DNA of 64,000 bases from the NCBI RefSeq assembly GCF_037042905.1, contig NC_087245.1, positions 21,266,001 through 21,330,000 on the forward strand. Direction: 5' to 3'. A model generated the notes under the pieces. It was given only the letters and a program-made list of their open reading frames with translations. It did not search any database and was not told the DNA's origin. How positions within the stretch are numbered: position 1 is the stretch's first letter; each line of letters begins with the position of its first letter. This document shows, one piece after another, positions 60,871-64,000 of this stretch. This DNA comes from Lytechinus pictus. Its lineage: Eukaryota. Made by a program: the position numbers and the translations under genes.

Positions 60871-63800
60871 CATGATGAGACCAAAAGTTTACATACACCC
60901 ATATTCAGTGAAATTTGTTCGCTTGCCAAACATCGTAAAATTTACTTCAGGTGTATATCTTCAGACATATAAATACTACCATGAGGAAATTTGGTATCAA
61001 AATGAAAGAGCGTCTTTTAAAAGCTCTTTCACATGATTGGGATGCCGTTGAAATTAATTATTTCAGGTAGAATTTTTTTGAAGAAAATGAAGTAATATTT
61101 GTGCCAAATGTAGGCCCTATTATATTGTTTTTTTAATTATATTTTCAAACAGCGTTTCATATAAATAGATAAATGTCCCGGATAAATGTCAAATCTATGA
61201 TTTATATTACATTTTCTATCATGATATGTGATCACCACTGAACAAAAAAGTGTAATCTGAAATGCTTGTGTTGAGAAGTAACTAGCACAAATATGAAATG
61301 CTTTTTTTTTCATTATTTTTAATTTGTGTAAAATATGAAGATTTTTTTGGGGAAAAAAATGACACCTAAATATTTTTCAGCTCCCGATGGCAAAGCAATG
61401 CGATGAAGGGGCATGACATACTCAATTGTTTGCTGTCGAATTCATCATGATAGCACAAATATTTTATAAGATACAGTAAATTTAATGATTTTTGCCAATT
61501 TAACCCAATAGGGTTAATAAATTGAACACGAAACACATGAAAATTGCTAAAAAGTAGATTTTACATCATATCTGATGTTTTTCCATTGAAAATTTTAAAA
61601 GATTTTTTTCCATTTTTTCTAAATACGATTACTTTTCGATGTTGAAGCAGCTAAATCTAAAAAATGTTCATAAAAATAGTAAAATTATGTCATTTCTATA
61701 AAATATTCACAAATGGTGTGAGCTTGTATAACAACATATAGGCCTACCTAAAATTTGAATGCATTACTTTATGTAAAGTAGTAAAATTAACCAATTTTAA
61801 TGACCCGGTAGTGGATTTAGCTCCTTTAGGAATAAAACTAAAATTTGCAATCAAGTTTTATCAATCTTCCAAAAAAAAAATTCATATGCGAGGTGGTGCA
61901 TTGGATTCCCATGTCTAAGATACATATATTTAAAATAAAAAAAAATTTGGTCAAAACTGGATTTAGCCCCTTTTTTGGAATCAAGCTCTTTATCTGAAAT
62001 ACCCAATATTTATTTATAAAAATAAAGCTAAATAGGTCTATTACTTATCAGTAACTTCAGTCTAATCGCGGATCCAGGGGGGGACATTACGGCCTGTGTC
62101 CCCCCCTTTACGAGTCAAATTTTACGTTGGACACATTGACCTTCTCATTTTTTAGTGACAACATTTTTTTTTTTGCTTGTCCGATTGGGAAAATATGCCC
62201 CCTCCCCCTTTGGAAAATAGGAAGCACTCCTCTCTTCATTTCTCTGAATATTTTTCACCAGTATTTGTTATTGTTGTAGCTTCAAATAAATCGAGAAAAT
62301 AAACATGACTAATTAGCACCTTGGCATGAGCGAATGTTCTGTTCCCCAACAACTTTCCCAGCTGCTTTCTCTCTCTCTCTCTGTCTATTTTTATTTTCTA
62401 GATTTCTTTGAAGACTCAACAATACCATAAGCTTCAGACCAATTTTAATTTGGTTTGTTTTGTTTGGTAAGAGCAAGAGACATGTTTTTATCAGGGACCA
62501 TCAAGCCATAGTTCTATGTTACTTCTTCAATTCTACTCGAAGCTGGTGCAAATAATTCAGAGAAATAAAGAGAGGTGTGCTTCCTATGCAATTCACGTGA
62601 GTGAGAATAATGCAATCAGGCTGTAAATTTTTCCTAAAATATAAATATAATCTATCCGGGAGTACGGTACCGGTAATACGGTACCGGTAATACGGTATAG
62701 TAGTCTGTCATTCACTTTGCGCTCGCTGCATGCCTTACCCGCTGCCTTTCTCAGTCTCACACTCACAGTCACATTCACATCTCTCTCATCAGTCTCACGG
62801 CCACGGATCGATTCTTGTGCATGTCGCAATATTGCATTTTCTTTTGCAATGTCTAATAGAAGTTTTTGGAGTTAGATTATAGATATTCAAATTGTAATGT
62901 AGCATACTCTGTTGAAGAGAATACGTCGTATTGAACAAAATTATGAGCCAAGTTAATATAATTATAAGAGGGGGCTAACGTATTACTAATACTAGATAGA
63001 TCTAACTCTAGTCAAGTTAGATGATAAATTAGAAATGGAATAGATCTAGAAAGACTAACGTTAGAGGCCGATCTAAAGTTAGATCTAACGTTGGGCCTGC
63101 TACAACGGCTGGCGCGTTGGCGCACCCATACAATAGTTACATGCAACCATGCACAGGCACAACGCTAACCCAGAGAGCTCCCGCCCGCTGCGCGGGCGGG
63201 AGCCCAGAAGCTTACCGTGTATTTGACCATATTCACCGGACTAGGGTGATTTATGGTCAAAATATTTCTCCAAATGAATTGTGAAAACAGAAAGTATACA
63301 ATTACCACGATTATATATGGATGAAGGTCTAACAAGTGGCAGTTTCCTGACATCTGGGCACAGACTGGAACCTCAAAAAAACGAAAAGTTCTCTCCTTCT
63401 ACCCCCGTTTCGATCGGCCATTTTTGTTAAAAATCGTAACATGGGTTAGCACAATGCATGCAACACTTCCATTGGATTGCGCGAAGTTTATTTTTATTTT
63501 TAAATCAAATCAAATTTTGGTACCGGTATGAGACTTCCCAAATGATAATATGAAGCCACTTTTCCCAAATATTCGTCAATTGGGGAAATTTTAACAATTT
63601 TTTCTTCTCTTTAATGAGCTTTGGAGGACATCACTAGCAGATTCTGAGTTTTTTGTCTAAGGGTAAGAGGGCATGCGATTTATATTCATATATCGAAATC
63701 GATGCGTTAGCGAAGTCGGCAAAGTGTCCAGTTTTTTCATTGTATAGACATTGATGGACCATTTGTTGGCAAATGAAGGCTTGCACTGCTGGTCTAGTTC

Positions 63801-64000
63801 AAGGCAGAAAGAATTTTTCTATTTTTGTTTAATTTTGTTGTCTCTTTAAATGATTTCCATCAGCAATAATAATCTAAAAGTATGTTTTTGAAGGTATTCT
63901 ATTTATTGGTGTACGTGTATAGACCTATAATTTATGAAGCAATCATAGGAATTGCGCAAACAATGAATTTTAGACACAGTTATTAAATTACTGATGAGCT

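Overview
AT-rich, intron-containing animal genomic DNA. The repeat families and gene style suggest an echinoderm (probably a sea urchin), but that is inference. Five spliced protein-coding genes can be built by hand with canonical GT-AG junctions and intact frames. Three are paralogous gamma-glutamylaminecyclotransferase (GGACT)-like genes on + (13162-15511, 19593-21788, 30304-32204). Two are paralogous orphan class A GPCR genes on - (25511-28175, 36804-41959). Their order, GGACT1> GGACT2> <GPCR-A GGACT3> <GPCR-B, indicates a duplicated convergent GGACT/GPCR pair. The rest is mostly transposon-derived: tRNA SINEs, many MITEs with clear TIRs/TSDs, a deleted Tc1 element, a decayed RTEX-like LINE, minisatellites and three ~136-nt N gaps. 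The most unusual items are (1) a young chimeric SINE with a 7SL (Alu-domain)-like head, a tRNA-like B box and a Deu/Nin-like core, (2) a (TA)n-associated repeat carrying an internal complete tRNA cloverleaf with a UCA anticodon and its own Pol III terminator, and (3) the co-duplicated GGACT-GPCR cassette, including a 3-aa deletion beside the catalytic Glu of one GGACT copy. No database searches were possible; family names rest on remembered motifs.
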